NCBI RefSeq assembly: GCF_000392435.1
Contig: NC_021219.1
Span: 720,001-752,000 of the forward strand
From: Candidatus Saccharimonas aalborgensis
GTDB taxonomy: Bacteria > Patescibacteriota > Saccharimonadia > Saccharimonadales > Saccharimonadaceae
Length of the DNA stretch: 32,000 bases
Direction of reading: 5' to 3'
Part shown: positions 17,930 to 27,002 of the stretch, piece by piece
How positions within the stretch are numbered: position 1 is the first letter of the stretch
Layout: every line of letters begins with the position of its first letter
Translations under genes and position numbers: made by a program
Notes under the pieces: generated by a model
What the model saw: the letters and a program-made list of their open reading frames with translations, nothing else
Database searches by the model: none
What the model was told of the DNA's origin: nothing

Positions 17930-19004
17930 AACCCTTACTATTAGCTTGTGCAGCTAACAACTCACGTTCGTATGCTTGCAGATGCTCAATGAGATCATCG
18001 ATGTCGCCATTCATGGCGCCAGTGATATTGCTCCGGCTGTAGCCGATTCGATGGTCAGTGATGCGATCTTGGGGGAAGTTGTAGGTACGAATCTTTTCAC
18101 TTCGGTCGCCCGTACCGACGAGGCTACGGCGCTCAGCAGTCAATTTTGCCTGTTCCTCATCTATTTTAATTTGGAGGAGGCGACTACGGAGAACACTCAT
18201 GGCCTTTTCTTTATTTTTGATTTGTGATTTCTCATCTTGGTTGGTAACTACCATACCAGTAGGTAAGTGCGTGATGCGCACGGCGCTGTCGGTAGTATTG
18301 ACGCTTTGGCCGCCGTGGCCGCCACTTCTAAACACATCGATTCGGAGATCGTTGGGGCCAATCTCAACATCAGCTTCCTCTGCCTCGGGGAGGACGGCAA
18401 CGGTGACCGTGCTGGTATGGATACGGCCCTGACTTTCTGTGACTGGTACGCGCTGAACACGGTGGACACCACCCTCGAACTTGAGCTTTGCATAGGGGGC
18501 ATCACCCTTAATCATGATAATCACTTCTTTATAACCGCCGGACTCGTTAGCACTCTCGCTCATGAGCTCGGTTTTGTAGCCATGGGTTTCACACCAACGC
18601 AGGTACATCCGGTAGAGTTCTGCAGCAAACAGGCCTGCCTCGTCACCACCGGCACCAGCGCGAATCTCAACGATGATATTTTTTTCATCGTTTGGGTCTT
18701 TTGGGGTCAGCATGATAAATAAGTCGTTTTCAATGACTTCGAGATTGTGCTCGATCTCTACCACTTCAGATTTTGCTAAGTCGGCTAATTCGTCCGATCC
18801 TTGAGAGAGCTCCTTTGCCTCGAGAAGATTTCTTGTGAGATGCTCGCGCTCACTTGCTTTTGCGATGATAGCATCAAGTTCGCTAAACCGTTTGTTTTTG
18901 GCAGTATACTCTGGATCGGCATAGGCATTTGGTTGCGCCAGAAAATTAGCAAGAGACTGTTTCTCAGCTTTTAGGTCGGCCAAATTGAGGTTGATAGTGG
19001 GCAT
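17928..19004 (-). CDS. prfA: Peptide chain release factor 1
   Basis: GGQ motif ([19 protein letters not shown]) and [18 protein letters not shown]. Confidence 0.95.
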   Translation of the reverse strand: MPTINLNLADLKAEKQSLANFLAQPNAYADPEYTAKNKRFSELDAIIAKASEREHLTRNLLEAKELSQGSDELADLAKSEVVEIEHNLEVIENDLFIMLTPKDPNDEKNIIVEIRAGAGGDEAGLFAAELYRMYLRWCETHGYKTELMSESANESGGYKEVIIMIKGDAPYAKLKFEGGVHRVQRVPVTESQGRIHTSTVTVAVLPEAEEADVEIGPNDLRIDVFRSGGHGGQSVNTTDSAVRITHLPTGMVVTNQDEKSQIKNKEKAMSVLRSRLLQIKIDEEQAKLTAERRSLVGTGDRSEKIRTYNFPQDRITDHRIGYSRSNITGAMNGDIDDLIEHLQAYERELLAAQANSKG

Positions 19005-19014
19005 GTCTTACCTC

Positions 19015-19020
19015 ATTATA
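19015..19020 (-). promoter_or_regulatory. -10 element (TATAAT) directly upstream of prfA
   Basis: Minus strand ...TTTTTG-TATAAT-GAGGTAAGAC-ATG, 10 nt from the ATG. Confidence 0.5.
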
Positions 19021-19021
19021 C

Positions 19022-19050
19022 AAAAAGAGATTGTGTCGGAGCACAATCTC
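19022..19050 (-). terminator. Rho-independent terminator of rpmE
   Basis: GAGATTGTG-CTCCGA-CACAATCTC followed by TTTTT on the minus strand. Confidence 0.85.
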
Positions 19051-19065
19051 CCTAGTATTATATTG

Positions 19066-19386
19066 TTATTTTTCGGTTTTTTGGGCTTTGCGAGCGTTTT
19101 GCTTCTTGGCTTTGGCGGCCATTTGATGACGCAATTCCTCGGCAGCCTTTCGGCGAGCTTCAAATCGGTCGACGCGGCCTTCGGTATCGATAATCTTTTC
19201 CTCACCAGTAAAGAATGGGTGAGAGGCAGACGATACGTGGACTTTTATAAGAGGATACTCGTTGCCATCTTCCCATTTGATCGTCTCAGAACTCTGAGCA
19301 GTCGAACGGGTGAGAAAGCTAAAGCCTGCTTGTTCGTCGCTAAATACGACCAGGCGATAATCTTGTGGGTGAATACTGCTTTTCAT
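19066..19386 (-). CDS. rpmE: 50S ribosomal protein L31 (extended C-terminus)
   Basis: [29 protein letters not shown]...[19 protein letters not shown]. The called 192-aa ORF is over-extended; the start is the internal ATG. Confidence 0.9.
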   Translation of the reverse strand: MKSSIHPQDYRLVVFSDEQAGFSFLTRSTAQSSETIKWEDGNEYPLIKVHVSSASHPFFTGEEKIIDTEGRVDRFEARRKAAEELRHQMAAKAKKQNARKAQKTEK

Positions 19387-19493
19387 ATCCGTACCATCGT
19401 AGCAGAAAAGTCTCTCCGTGTCAAAGGGTGCGCCTCTGTACCAAAGCATAACAAGTATGCTATGATGTGGAGGAAGAGAAAGTAAACATAAAC

Positions 19494-21173
19494 ATGCCGG
19501 TAGAGCAGGAGATTGGAACACACGAAGCAGCGACGCAGATGGATGCGATTGTTGCTGGCGTGCGCGAACACCATGATCTGAATGAGACAGTGCAATTTGA
19601 TGATAGTGACCCTTTGGGTGAAGAAAACGTCCAGTCTTTGACACACCACCTGGAAATGATGCTCGAGGCGGTAGAAGATTTTGGTTCGTACCGAGATGGT
19701 GATTATGTCGATGAGGAGTTTGTGCAATATGTCATACAGGGCGGATACTCGATTGAAGCAGCATCCGGGCTTATCGATGCGATCCGGAGGTGCGAAGTTG
19801 CCTTCTCTGAGGAAAATCAAGGCGAAGCAACACAGCTTCTGCGCGTTGTCGAGGCAATCCCTTCCGAGTTACTACAGGAGATATACACAGCTGATCCTGA
19901 CAACAAGGCAAACCCTATAACTGCATTACTGAATAGTATTCCGCTGGATGGCAGTCATGCAGCGCAGCTTTTGCGTATTCTCGACAAGTGTCAGGATGAA
20001 GATATGTCAACGGTTGACGCATTGACGTACCCTGAGTATATGAGGCTATTTGCTGCGATGGAGTCAAATGAGCGCGATTTTGAGCTGGCGCGCATTCCGT
20101 CTCATCCCGAGAGTACTTCATATGAAGCAATCGCTGATTTCAATCAGAGGGTTGTTAATCGTGTCTATTGGTTGATGGGTGAGCAACTTGGCCTTCCTAT
20201 GCATATCGTTGACGCTTATATTGCAAATGCGCGTTTCCGCCATACTCACCTCATGCCTAACGGGTCGGAGTTACTAACGGCGTTTGAGGGTGACCGGATA
20301 GCCGATGATATCTATGGCATCGCGGCATGTGTCGAAGCGGTAGGTATCGATGACTTTAAGCGACTCGATGAGGCGTTTACTCTGGAAACTCCTGAGATCT
20401 ATCGCCCAGAAGATTTACGCATCATGCGCGGCATACTCGATGGCGATGAAATGATACTCGAGGAACTGAGAAGGGGCGATCTGACGGTCGTATTCTTCGA
20501 TGCAAGGGGTGACACAAAGAGCGTTATCGTTGACTCAGTAAGAGCATACCGTAAAACTTCGGGGAGAGTTCTATTTTTTGAGATGTCCGGGGCTGAAACA
20601 GTAAAAGCGCGTAAGAAACAACTCGTAGAAAGAGGCCTTCACCCAAGTACCGTGGTATTTGACAGTCATGGCTCGCCGGGCTCAATAGAGGGTAATCGTG
20701 GAAAAAGTCGGTATCGAATCGTAAGTGAGCGGCGGGCAATGCGAACAAGGCGTGATGTTTTTGTGGGAGATATAGTGGATCAATTATTGAGTGATGGGTT
20801 TATGCAACCAGGTCGAGGTATTGATGACTCCAGTGGGGCGTCTGGAGCAGTTGAGATATTCTTTAGTGCATGCAGTACTGATCAAGAGGTCGATAGAGGT
20901 GTGGGTAGCACTCGCGCTAGGAGTGTCGCACAAGCTGCAATAGATGCTACGATTGGTAACCAAAATAGGGTGCTCGTCTATGGAAGCCGTGCACCAATGC
21001 ATCTTCTATGGGGCAATGGCAGGATACGTTATATTGATGACGATCACCATAATGGTACTGGTGAGGATAGGTCAGTAATGACGCGGTATACCTTCGATCC
21101 AGATCGTTTCGCGGATGAAGGAATAGTATTTGAATATATTGATGGAGTAGTACATGACAGGAGAGCAGCATGA
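19494..21173 (+). CDS. Putative clan CD (caspase/CHAT-like) cysteine peptidase with a long N-terminal region
   Basis: C-terminal part: [16 protein letters not shown] (His codon 20667) and [13 protein letters not shown] (Cys codon 20871), then [15 protein letters not shown] at 19494 preferred over GTG at 19467. Confidence 0.5.
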   Translation: MPVEQEIGTHEAATQMDAIVAGVREHHDLNETVQFDDSDPLGEENVQSLTHHLEMMLEAVEDFGSYRDGDYVDEEFVQYVIQGGYSIEAASGLIDAIRRCEVAFSEENQGEATQLLRVVEAIPSELLQEIYTADPDNKANPITALLNSIPLDGSHAAQLLRILDKCQDEDMSTVDALTYPEYMRLFAAMESNERDFELARIPSHPESTSYEAIADFNQRVVNRVYWLMGEQLGLPMHIVDAYIANARFRHTHLMPNGSELLTAFEGDRIADDIYGIAACVEAVGIDDFKRLDEAFTLETPEIYRPEDLRIMRGILDGDEMILEELRRGDLTVVFFDARGDTKSVIVDSVRAYRKTSGRVLFFEMSGAETVKARKKQLVERGLHPSTVVFDSHGSPGSIEGNRGKSRYRIVSERRAMRTRRDVFVGDIVDQLLSDGFMQPGRGIDDSSGASGAVEIFFSACSTDQEVDRGVGSTRARSVAQAAIDATIGNQNRVLVYGSRAPMHLLWGNGRIRYIDDDHHNGTGEDRSVMTRYTFDPDRFADEGIVFEYIDGVVHDRRAA

Positions 21174-21607
21174 GTGAGATCCCTGGTGATGTGAAGCCCA
21201 TTATCGGCGTAATCGAAAGACCGATCGATTACCGCGAGGAGTATGAGCTTCTCGCTCAACTATTAGCGCAAGTTCTCTATGAGTATCGGCAAGGACGTCC
21301 AAGTGATGGCTTCGATACGTTAATGCGTGAGGATGGAGGTCGTCTCCAGGTTGTTTCCCCGAGTCAACAAAAGCTTCGCATCAATGTGATGGAGAATGAT
21401 CAAGAAACAGGAGAAGAAATCACTGAGACAATGCACGCGGATATGATGGGGAACGAGACAGTGGTCAGTCACGGTGTTTCATCAGATAAGGATGGCGTGC
21501 TGAGCGATCTCGCGCCACTTCGCTATGATGCCTATGGATGCGAGGTACTGACTGACATGATCGAGTATCTCTTTGTCATCCAGGCAGCGAGACGCCGATC
21601 GCCATAA
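21170..21607 (+). CDS. Hypothetical protein, translationally coupled to the caspase-like ORF
   Basis: ATGA overlap with the upstream stop. 145-aa ORF with no recognised family. Confidence 0.65.
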   Translation: MSEIPGDVKPIIGVIERPIDYREEYELLAQLLAQVLYEYRQGRPSDGFDTLMREDGGRLQVVSPSQQKLRINVMENDQETGEEITETMHADMMGNETVVSHGVSSDKDGVLSDLAPLRYDAYGCEVLTDMIEYLFVIQAARRRSP

Positions 21608-21667
21608 GGGGTAGACAAAAGAAATCATATCTGATACCCTGAGAGGGTATATTAGTTTAACGAAACA

Positions 21668-21704
21668 ACTCTGCACGGATATCCTGAGTATAGGTGTGTA
21701 GAGT
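21668..21704 (+). promoter_or_regulatory. Structured 5' leader of rpsB
   Basis: ACTCTGCAC/GTGTAGAGT 9-bp helix (one G-U) ending 2 nt before the AAGGGAG SD. Confidence 0.45.
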
Positions 21705-21722
21705 GAAGGGAGTAAGGATATC

Positions 21723-22427
21723 ATGGCCGTAGAGGTTGATATCAAGGCTTTGCTCGAAGCCGGTGTTCATTTCGGACACAAAACGAGTCGTTGGCACCCA
21801 AAGATGGCGCCATACATCCATAGCAAACGGCAAGACAGTCATATCATTGACCTGACAAAGACCGTCGATGCGCTTGAAAAAGCGCTGCCATTCATCACAA
21901 AAGTTGTCGCGAGTGGTAAGCCAGTCCTCTTTGTAGGGACAAAAAAACAAGCAAAGGAAGCAGTAAAAGCAGCCGCCGAATCATGTGGTCAACCATACGT
22001 TACTGAACGTTGGGTTGGCGGCATGCTGACCAATGTCACGACGACAAACGCCCAGATAAAGAAACTACGTGATCTCGAACGCCGGATGCTAAATGGTGAT
22101 CTCGAAAAGCGCTACAACAAACTTGAGGTTCAGCGATATCAAGAAGAGATTGATTCTCTGAATGTGAAGTATAGCGGCATCAAAGAGCTTAGTGGAAAAC
22201 CCGGCGCAGTCATCGTGATAGATACACTTGTTGATGCGAATGCAATTCGTGAAGCAAATAACCTGCATATTCCTGTTGTTGGCGTGGTTGATACCAATGC
22301 TGATCCGAGTGCTGTATCGTATGCCATTCCTGGTAACGATGATGCGATAAAAGGCACACAACTATTGCTTGATTATTTTGTCGCGGCAGTACGAGAGGCT
22401 GGTGTTGCCAAGAAAGAGGCAGCATAG
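21723..22427 (+). CDS. rpsB: 30S ribosomal protein S2
   Basis: LLEAGVHFGHKTSRWHPKMAPYI, RWVGGMLTN. Confidence 0.97.
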   Translation: MAVEVDIKALLEAGVHFGHKTSRWHPKMAPYIHSKRQDSHIIDLTKTVDALEKALPFITKVVASGKPVLFVGTKKQAKEAVKAAAESCGQPYVTERWVGGMLTNVTTTNAQIKKLRDLERRMLNGDLEKRYNKLEVQRYQEEIDSLNVKYSGIKELSGKPGAVIVIDTLVDANAIREANNLHIPVVGVVDTNADPSAVSYAIPGNDDAIKGTQLLLDYFVAAVREAGVAKKEAA

Positions 22428-22428
22428 T

Positions 22429-23025
22429 ATGTCTGTAACGATTGAGGATATCAAAAAGCTCAAAGAGCTGACAGGAGTTGGTCTCACTGATGCCAAGCAA
22501 GCGCTTGTTGAGGCGGATGGCAATTTCGACAAAGCGCTGGAGGCGATGCGCAAAAAAGGTCTCACAAAAGCTGAGAAAAAAGGTGATCGTGAGACGCGAG
22601 AAGGCTTGATTGAGAGCTATGTTCATTCTGGACGAATCGGCGTTATCGTAGAGGTGAATTGTGAAACCGACTTTGTGGCTCGGCTTCCCGAGTTCAAAGA
22701 GTTCGCTCACCAGATTGCTATGCAAATTGCTGCTATGAATCCGACGTATGCCACAATGGAAGATATCCCTGGTGACGTGCTTGAGGCCAAGAAGCATGAA
22801 TTACTTGAGAGCGAGAGTCTCAAAAGCAAACCCGAGGCCATGCGTGAGCAAATTGTCGATGGGCAGCTCAAAAAACATTTTGCAGAGCAAGTTCTCAGTG
22901 AGCAGACATTTGTGCTCGATGACACCAAGACAGTTGGCGAGCGAGTAAAAGAGCAAATCGCTTTGTCAGGTGAAAACATCCGCATTAGTCAGTTCAAACG
23001 TATCGAACTCGGCGTAACTGAATAG
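22429..23025 (+). CDS. tsf: Elongation factor Ts
   Basis: KKLKELTGVGLTDAKQAL, VEVNCETDFVAR. Internal ATG at 22429, 2 nt after rpsB. Confidence 0.95.
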   Translation: MSVTIEDIKKLKELTGVGLTDAKQALVEADGNFDKALEAMRKKGLTKAEKKGDRETREGLIESYVHSGRIGVIVEVNCETDFVARLPEFKEFAHQIAMQIAAMNPTYATMEDIPGDVLEAKKHELLESESLKSKPEAMREQIVDGQLKKHFAEQVLSEQTFVLDDTKTVGERVKEQIALSGENIRISQFKRIELGVTE

Positions 23026-23100
23026 TAGCATTGCTAGTCTACTCACACGTGTCCATCCCTCGCGCCGAGTTTGATTGGTGCGGTATTATAAACTATATCT

Positions 23101-23805
23101 ATGTACGAACGCTACCAACCTCACTTCGAAAACGAGTCTCACAAAGATTTTGAGTACGATGAATCTGGTAATGAGGTTGATCTGAGGCAAGAGGCCGAAG
23201 TCTTTTCTGACCACGAGAGAATTGATAACGGTCGTGATAGTGATATCAAAACACAACTAGCAAAGCTCCGTGAGAGCTTAAGCGAGGATAGCGACGGAAT
23301 TATTCACCTTGTAATCCCGGCGTATACCTATGACTTTAGTGAAAATCCTTTTGTGGGATTAGGGACGCATCGTACCAAAACCTATGAAATATCGCGCTAT
23401 ATCGACGTAGTGTTTTTGCACCGCTTTATGTATCAAGACATTATTGTCTGTGGTTTACAGTCAAGACAGTTTGTGGATGAGGGCAGTAGGGCATCTTTTG
23501 TCAAAAAAATGCGTGAGACGGGTGGAATACCGATCGACACTCGCGAACATCGGTCGTTTGATATCCTGGGCATGGAGTTTTGTCCCTATGTTGAGTACCA
23601 TTCCACAGACGCTTTTTTCAAACTGTATCACACCGTTATGCCACGCGTTGCGGATCGACCACACTATCCGCTCGATGTTTGGTTGATTTTTGATGCAAAC
23701 GCCTACCAGGAAGTGGAGGGCGCAAGTGACTTTCGGCGGGCGTTTCGTCTGAAAAGTGGTTACGATCGTCGCGCTAGTTTACTCGGCATAGCGCAGATCA
23801 ACTAA
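23101..23805 (+). CDS. Hypothetical protein between tsf and frr
   Basis: 234-aa ORF with an acidic N-terminus and an ordered C-terminal region. No family recognised. Confidence 0.65.
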   Translation: MYERYQPHFENESHKDFEYDESGNEVDLRQEAEVFSDHERIDNGRDSDIKTQLAKLRESLSEDSDGIIHLVIPAYTYDFSENPFVGLGTHRTKTYEISRYIDVVFLHRFMYQDIIVCGLQSRQFVDEGSRASFVKKMRETGGIPIDTREHRSFDILGMEFCPYVEYHSTDAFFKLYHTVMPRVADRPHYPLDVWLIFDANAYQEVEGASDFRRAFRLKSGYDRRASLLGIAQIN

Positions 23806-23810
23806 GCATT

Positions 23811-23819
23811 TGCTATAAT
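23811..23819 (+). promoter_or_regulatory. Extended -10 promoter upstream of frr (TGC-TATAAT)
   Basis: TGCTATAAT, 27 nt before the frr ATG at 23847. Confidence 0.6.
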
Positions 23820-23846
23820 AAGTGAAGTATAACTTGAGAGGAAGCA

Positions 23847-24401
23847 ATGTTTGATACAGATATCTATGAGCTAAAGATGGAAGGTGCTTTCGAGCATTTT
23901 ACAGATGAATTAAGCAAGATCCGTACCGGTCGAGCTCATCCTGGTATGCTCGACGGCATAAAGGTAATGGCCTATGGTGTCGAAGTGCCCCTCAACCAAG
24001 TAGCAAATGTTACCGCCCCCGAGGCGCAATTGTTGCAGATTACGCCATTTGATCCTGCAAATCTCCAACATATTGCGACCGCGATCAGGAACGATCAAGG
24101 TCTAGGGCTCAATCCGAGTGATGATGGTCGTGTCGTACGCGTCCCCGTACCAGCACTGACCGAGGAGCGCCGCAAGCTGCTCGTCAAGCAAGCGGGTGAA
24201 AAAAGCGAAGAGGCGAGAATTGGTCTGCGTACGATTCGTCAGGATGGCATCAAGGATGCTCGCCAAAAAAAGGATGCCAAGGAGCTTTCCGAGGACGACC
24301 TGAAGCGTGTTGAGAAAGAGTTTGACAGATTGATGAGTGTTTATCAGCAAAAAATTGACGAGGCATGCAAAACGAAGGAAAAGGAAATCCTTACAATCTA
24401 A
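23847..24401 (+). CDS. frr: Ribosome recycling factor
   Basis: LSKIRTGRAHPGMLDGI, QITPFDPANL, GLNPSDDGRVVRVPVPALTEERR. Confidence 0.96.
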   Translation: MFDTDIYELKMEGAFEHFTDELSKIRTGRAHPGMLDGIKVMAYGVEVPLNQVANVTAPEAQLLQITPFDPANLQHIATAIRNDQGLGLNPSDDGRVVRVPVPALTEERRKLLVKQAGEKSEEARIGLRTIRQDGIKDARQKKDAKELSEDDLKRVEKEFDRLMSVYQQKIDEACKTKEKEILTI

Positions 24402-24402
24402 T

Positions 24403-25089
24403 ATGCCGAGCTCCCTTCCTACTCATATAGGCTATATCGTTGATGGTAATCGACGCTGGGCCAAGCAACGCGGCCTTTCTGCCTCGGAGGGTCACGCTGC
24501 TGGCTATGAGGTTGTAAAAACTATTATTATCGACACCATCAAACGAGGTGTCCCGTATGTGAGCGCGTATATATTTAGTACCGAAAACTGGCAACGAAGC
24601 CCCATCGAGGTTAACTTCTTAATGAAGCTTATTGTGCGAGTGCTGACCGATGATCTACATATCTTTATCGAAAATAATATTCGACTTAGGATAGCGGGAT
24701 CAAAAAAACGGCTGACGAAGGGGGTCTTGCGAGCTATTGAGGAGGCTGAACAACAAACGAAGCATTTGACTGGCGGGCAAGCCATCATCTGTCTCAATTA
24801 CGGTGGACATCAGGAACTTGCTGATGCATTTGAAGCGATGCGAGACCACGTCGGCGACCAAGTCATTACACCGGACGTCATCGAGAAATTTCTGTATACA
24901 CCAGACGTACCGGCATGTGATTTAATAGTTCGAACAAGCGGTGAACAGCGGCTCAGTGGCTATATGTTATGGCGCTCGACTTATAGTGAGCTGTTATTTC
25001 TCAAAAAGCACTGGCCGGACATGACAACAAAAGACGTTAGCAGTATACTAAAGGAATACGAACGCCGCGAACGACGGCATGGATCATAG
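24403..25089 (+). CDS. uppS: Isoprenyl (undecaprenyl) diphosphate synthase
   Basis: HIGYIVDGNRRWAKQRGL, YVSAYIFSTENWQR, DLIVRTSGEQRLSGYMLW. ATG at 24403. Confidence 0.93.
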   Translation: MPSSLPTHIGYIVDGNRRWAKQRGLSASEGHAAGYEVVKTIIIDTIKRGVPYVSAYIFSTENWQRSPIEVNFLMKLIVRVLTDDLHIFIENNIRLRIAGSKKRLTKGVLRAIEEAEQQTKHLTGGQAIICLNYGGHQELADAFEAMRDHVGDQVITPDVIEKFLYTPDVPACDLIVRTSGEQRLSGYMLWRSTYSELLFLKKHWPDMTTKDVSSILKEYERRERRHGS

Positions 25090-25101
25090 GAGGGGATTGA
25101 T

Positions 25102-26265
25102 ATGGAGACAGTGATCGGTATTATCGTGGGCCTGCTTATTATTACGTTTTTGGTAGTGGTTCATGAGTTAGGACATGCGTTGGTAGCGCGCCGAAATGGT
25201 GTCATCGTCGAAGAGTTTGGGATTGGTTTTCCCCCAAAGATCTGGGGACGTAAGGTTAAGAAAAGTCCGCTTGGCAACAATGTGCTGTTTAGTATAAATC
25301 TCTTGCCACTCGGTGGATTTGTTAAACTCCAAGGCGAACACGATAGTGACAAGAAAAAAGGTGATTATGGTGCCGCCTCTTTTTGGCAAAAGACCAATAT
25401 ACTGCTTGCGGGTGTTGCAATGAACTGGGCGGTTGCCGTCGTTCTGTTTACTATCCTGGCTGCGATCGGTATCCCAAAAATTATCCCCAATCAGTTTAGC
25501 ATTCCGGCCGATACAACGGTACTAAACCAACCTGTTGAGATTGTATCTGTCGGTAAAGAATCTCCCGCTGAGAAGGCGGGGTTACGTTCAGGCGACAAGA
25601 TTTTGCGATTTGCTGATGCGCCGCTTGAGCAAAAGAGCGCGCTTGCCACCCTTGCCGAACAGCATAAGGGCGAGAAAGTTTCAGTCGTGTATTCTCGTGG
25701 AGGCACCGAATACACCACCAGTGCAACACTACGCGCAGACAATGCAGACAAAAAAGGCTACCTCGGTGTCACCTCGGCGCAGCAGGAGCTCGTTCGTTCG
25801 ACCTGGTCTGCGCCAGTAGTTGGGGTTGGCTTAACGGCCCAGTTAAGCTGGGTGACACTGCAAGGTGTAGGTGATCTGTTAGTAAAGGCCGTAACAAACA
25901 TAGCTCTACAACTTAGCCCAGACGAAAAAACACGTCAGGACGCGAGCCAGACACTTTCATCAATCGGTGATGGGGTTGCCGGCCCGGTCGGTATTTATGG
26001 GGTGATATTTCCTGCGGCGGAGAAAGCAGGCTTCGTCCATCTTGTGCTACTGAGTGCGATTATATCGTTGACACTTGCGGTTATGAACATATTACCGATT
26101 CCTGCGCTTGACGGTGGTAGATGGTTTGTCACGTGGCTCTATCGTCTGCGCAAAAAAGTTTTGACCCAAGAGATCGAGGAAAAGATCCACGGTATCGGGT
26201 TTATGGTGCTGATGGCACTTGTTGTTCTGGTGACAATTGCTGATATTGGGAAACTTCGTGGGTGA
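25102..26265 (+). CDS. rseP: RseP-type site-2 zinc metalloprotease with PDZ domain
   Basis: VVHELGHALVARRNGV, PDZ segment, NILPIPALDGGRWF. Confidence 0.92.
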   Translation: METVIGIIVGLLIITFLVVVHELGHALVARRNGVIVEEFGIGFPPKIWGRKVKKSPLGNNVLFSINLLPLGGFVKLQGEHDSDKKKGDYGAASFWQKTNILLAGVAMNWAVAVVLFTILAAIGIPKIIPNQFSIPADTTVLNQPVEIVSVGKESPAEKAGLRSGDKILRFADAPLEQKSALATLAEQHKGEKVSVVYSRGGTEYTTSATLRADNADKKGYLGVTSAQQELVRSTWSAPVVGVGLTAQLSWVTLQGVGDLLVKAVTNIALQLSPDEKTRQDASQTLSSIGDGVAGPVGIYGVIFPAAEKAGFVHLVLLSAIISLTLAVMNILPIPALDGGRWFVTWLYRLRKKVLTQEIEEKIHGIGFMVLMALVVLVTIADIGKLRG

Positions 26266-26996
26266 GTGACAAAAAAAGACAAAAGATTCCCAGTATTGTT
26301 GTCTGGATTGCATGGTGTCTATGGATAATTGCCAGTCTTGTCATGGGGGCATTTTTGACGTCAGAGCTATTCCACATGCTGATGCGAGCGGGGTGGATCT
26401 CTGGTCTCCATACACCAAGCTACGTATTGTTTGAGTACCTTGTGGCATACGCGTTGTCGATGCTCATAGCAGTCGGAATACCTCTTTACGGATGGCGTAT
26501 GGCTATCTCAAAGCAAGAGTTTGGCATTGCACGCTCACTTCGATGGACAGATCTTGGTTGGGGACTCATCGGGATGGTGGCGTATGTCGCATTGGCGCAA
26601 CTAGCTCTCAATATCATTGTGGCGCTAGTGCCAACATTTAACGTGACTGAGGCACAAGATGTCGGCTTTACGGTCGTGTTTGGGTGGGAACGAATGCTAG
26701 CGTTCACTGTCTTGGTTATTGTTGCACCAGTAGTAGAAGAGCTGCTATTTCGCGGCTTTTTATATGGTCGCCTCAGAAAGTTGCATGCACCCGTATGGCT
26801 CTCGGTACTATTCGTTAGCGCGGTATTTGGGTTTGTTCATGGCCAATGGAATCTTGCCGTTGATGTTTTTATCCTGGGAGTTGTGGCTGCTCTTCTGCGT
26901 GAAAAAACCGGTACTATATGGCCGGGTGTTGTCATCCATATGATGAAAAACGCTGTTGCGTTTTATCTTGTATTTGTAATGATGATGGGTCGCTAA
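26262..26996 (+). CDS. CPBP-family intramembrane metalloprotease
   Basis: EELLFRGFLYGRLRK, FGFVHGQWN, HMMKNAVAF. GTG start overlapping the rseP stop. Confidence 0.88.
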   Translation: MSDKKRQKIPSIVVWIAWCLWIIASLVMGAFLTSELFHMLMRAGWISGLHTPSYVLFEYLVAYALSMLIAVGIPLYGWRMAISKQEFGIARSLRWTDLGWGLIGMVAYVALAQLALNIIVALVPTFNVTEAQDVGFTVVFGWERMLAFTVLVIVAPVVEELLFRGFLYGRLRKLHAPVWLSVLFVSAVFGFVHGQWNLAVDVFILGVVAALLREKTGTIWPGVVIHMMKNAVAFYLVFVMMMGR

Positions 26997-27002
26997 CCAC
27001 TA

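Noticed and set aside
19387-19644. Long N-terminal extension of the rpmE ORF
   Set aside because: L31 begins at MKSSIHP (19386); the extension crosses the divergent promoter area and the start of the 19494 gene.
22369-22428. N-terminal extension of the tsf ORF
   Set aside because: EF-Ts homology begins at MSVTIEDIKKLKEL (22429); the extension overlaps rpsB.
22210-22797. 195-aa minus-strand ORF across the rpsB-tsf junction
   Set aside because: Antisense to two ribosomal/translation genes.
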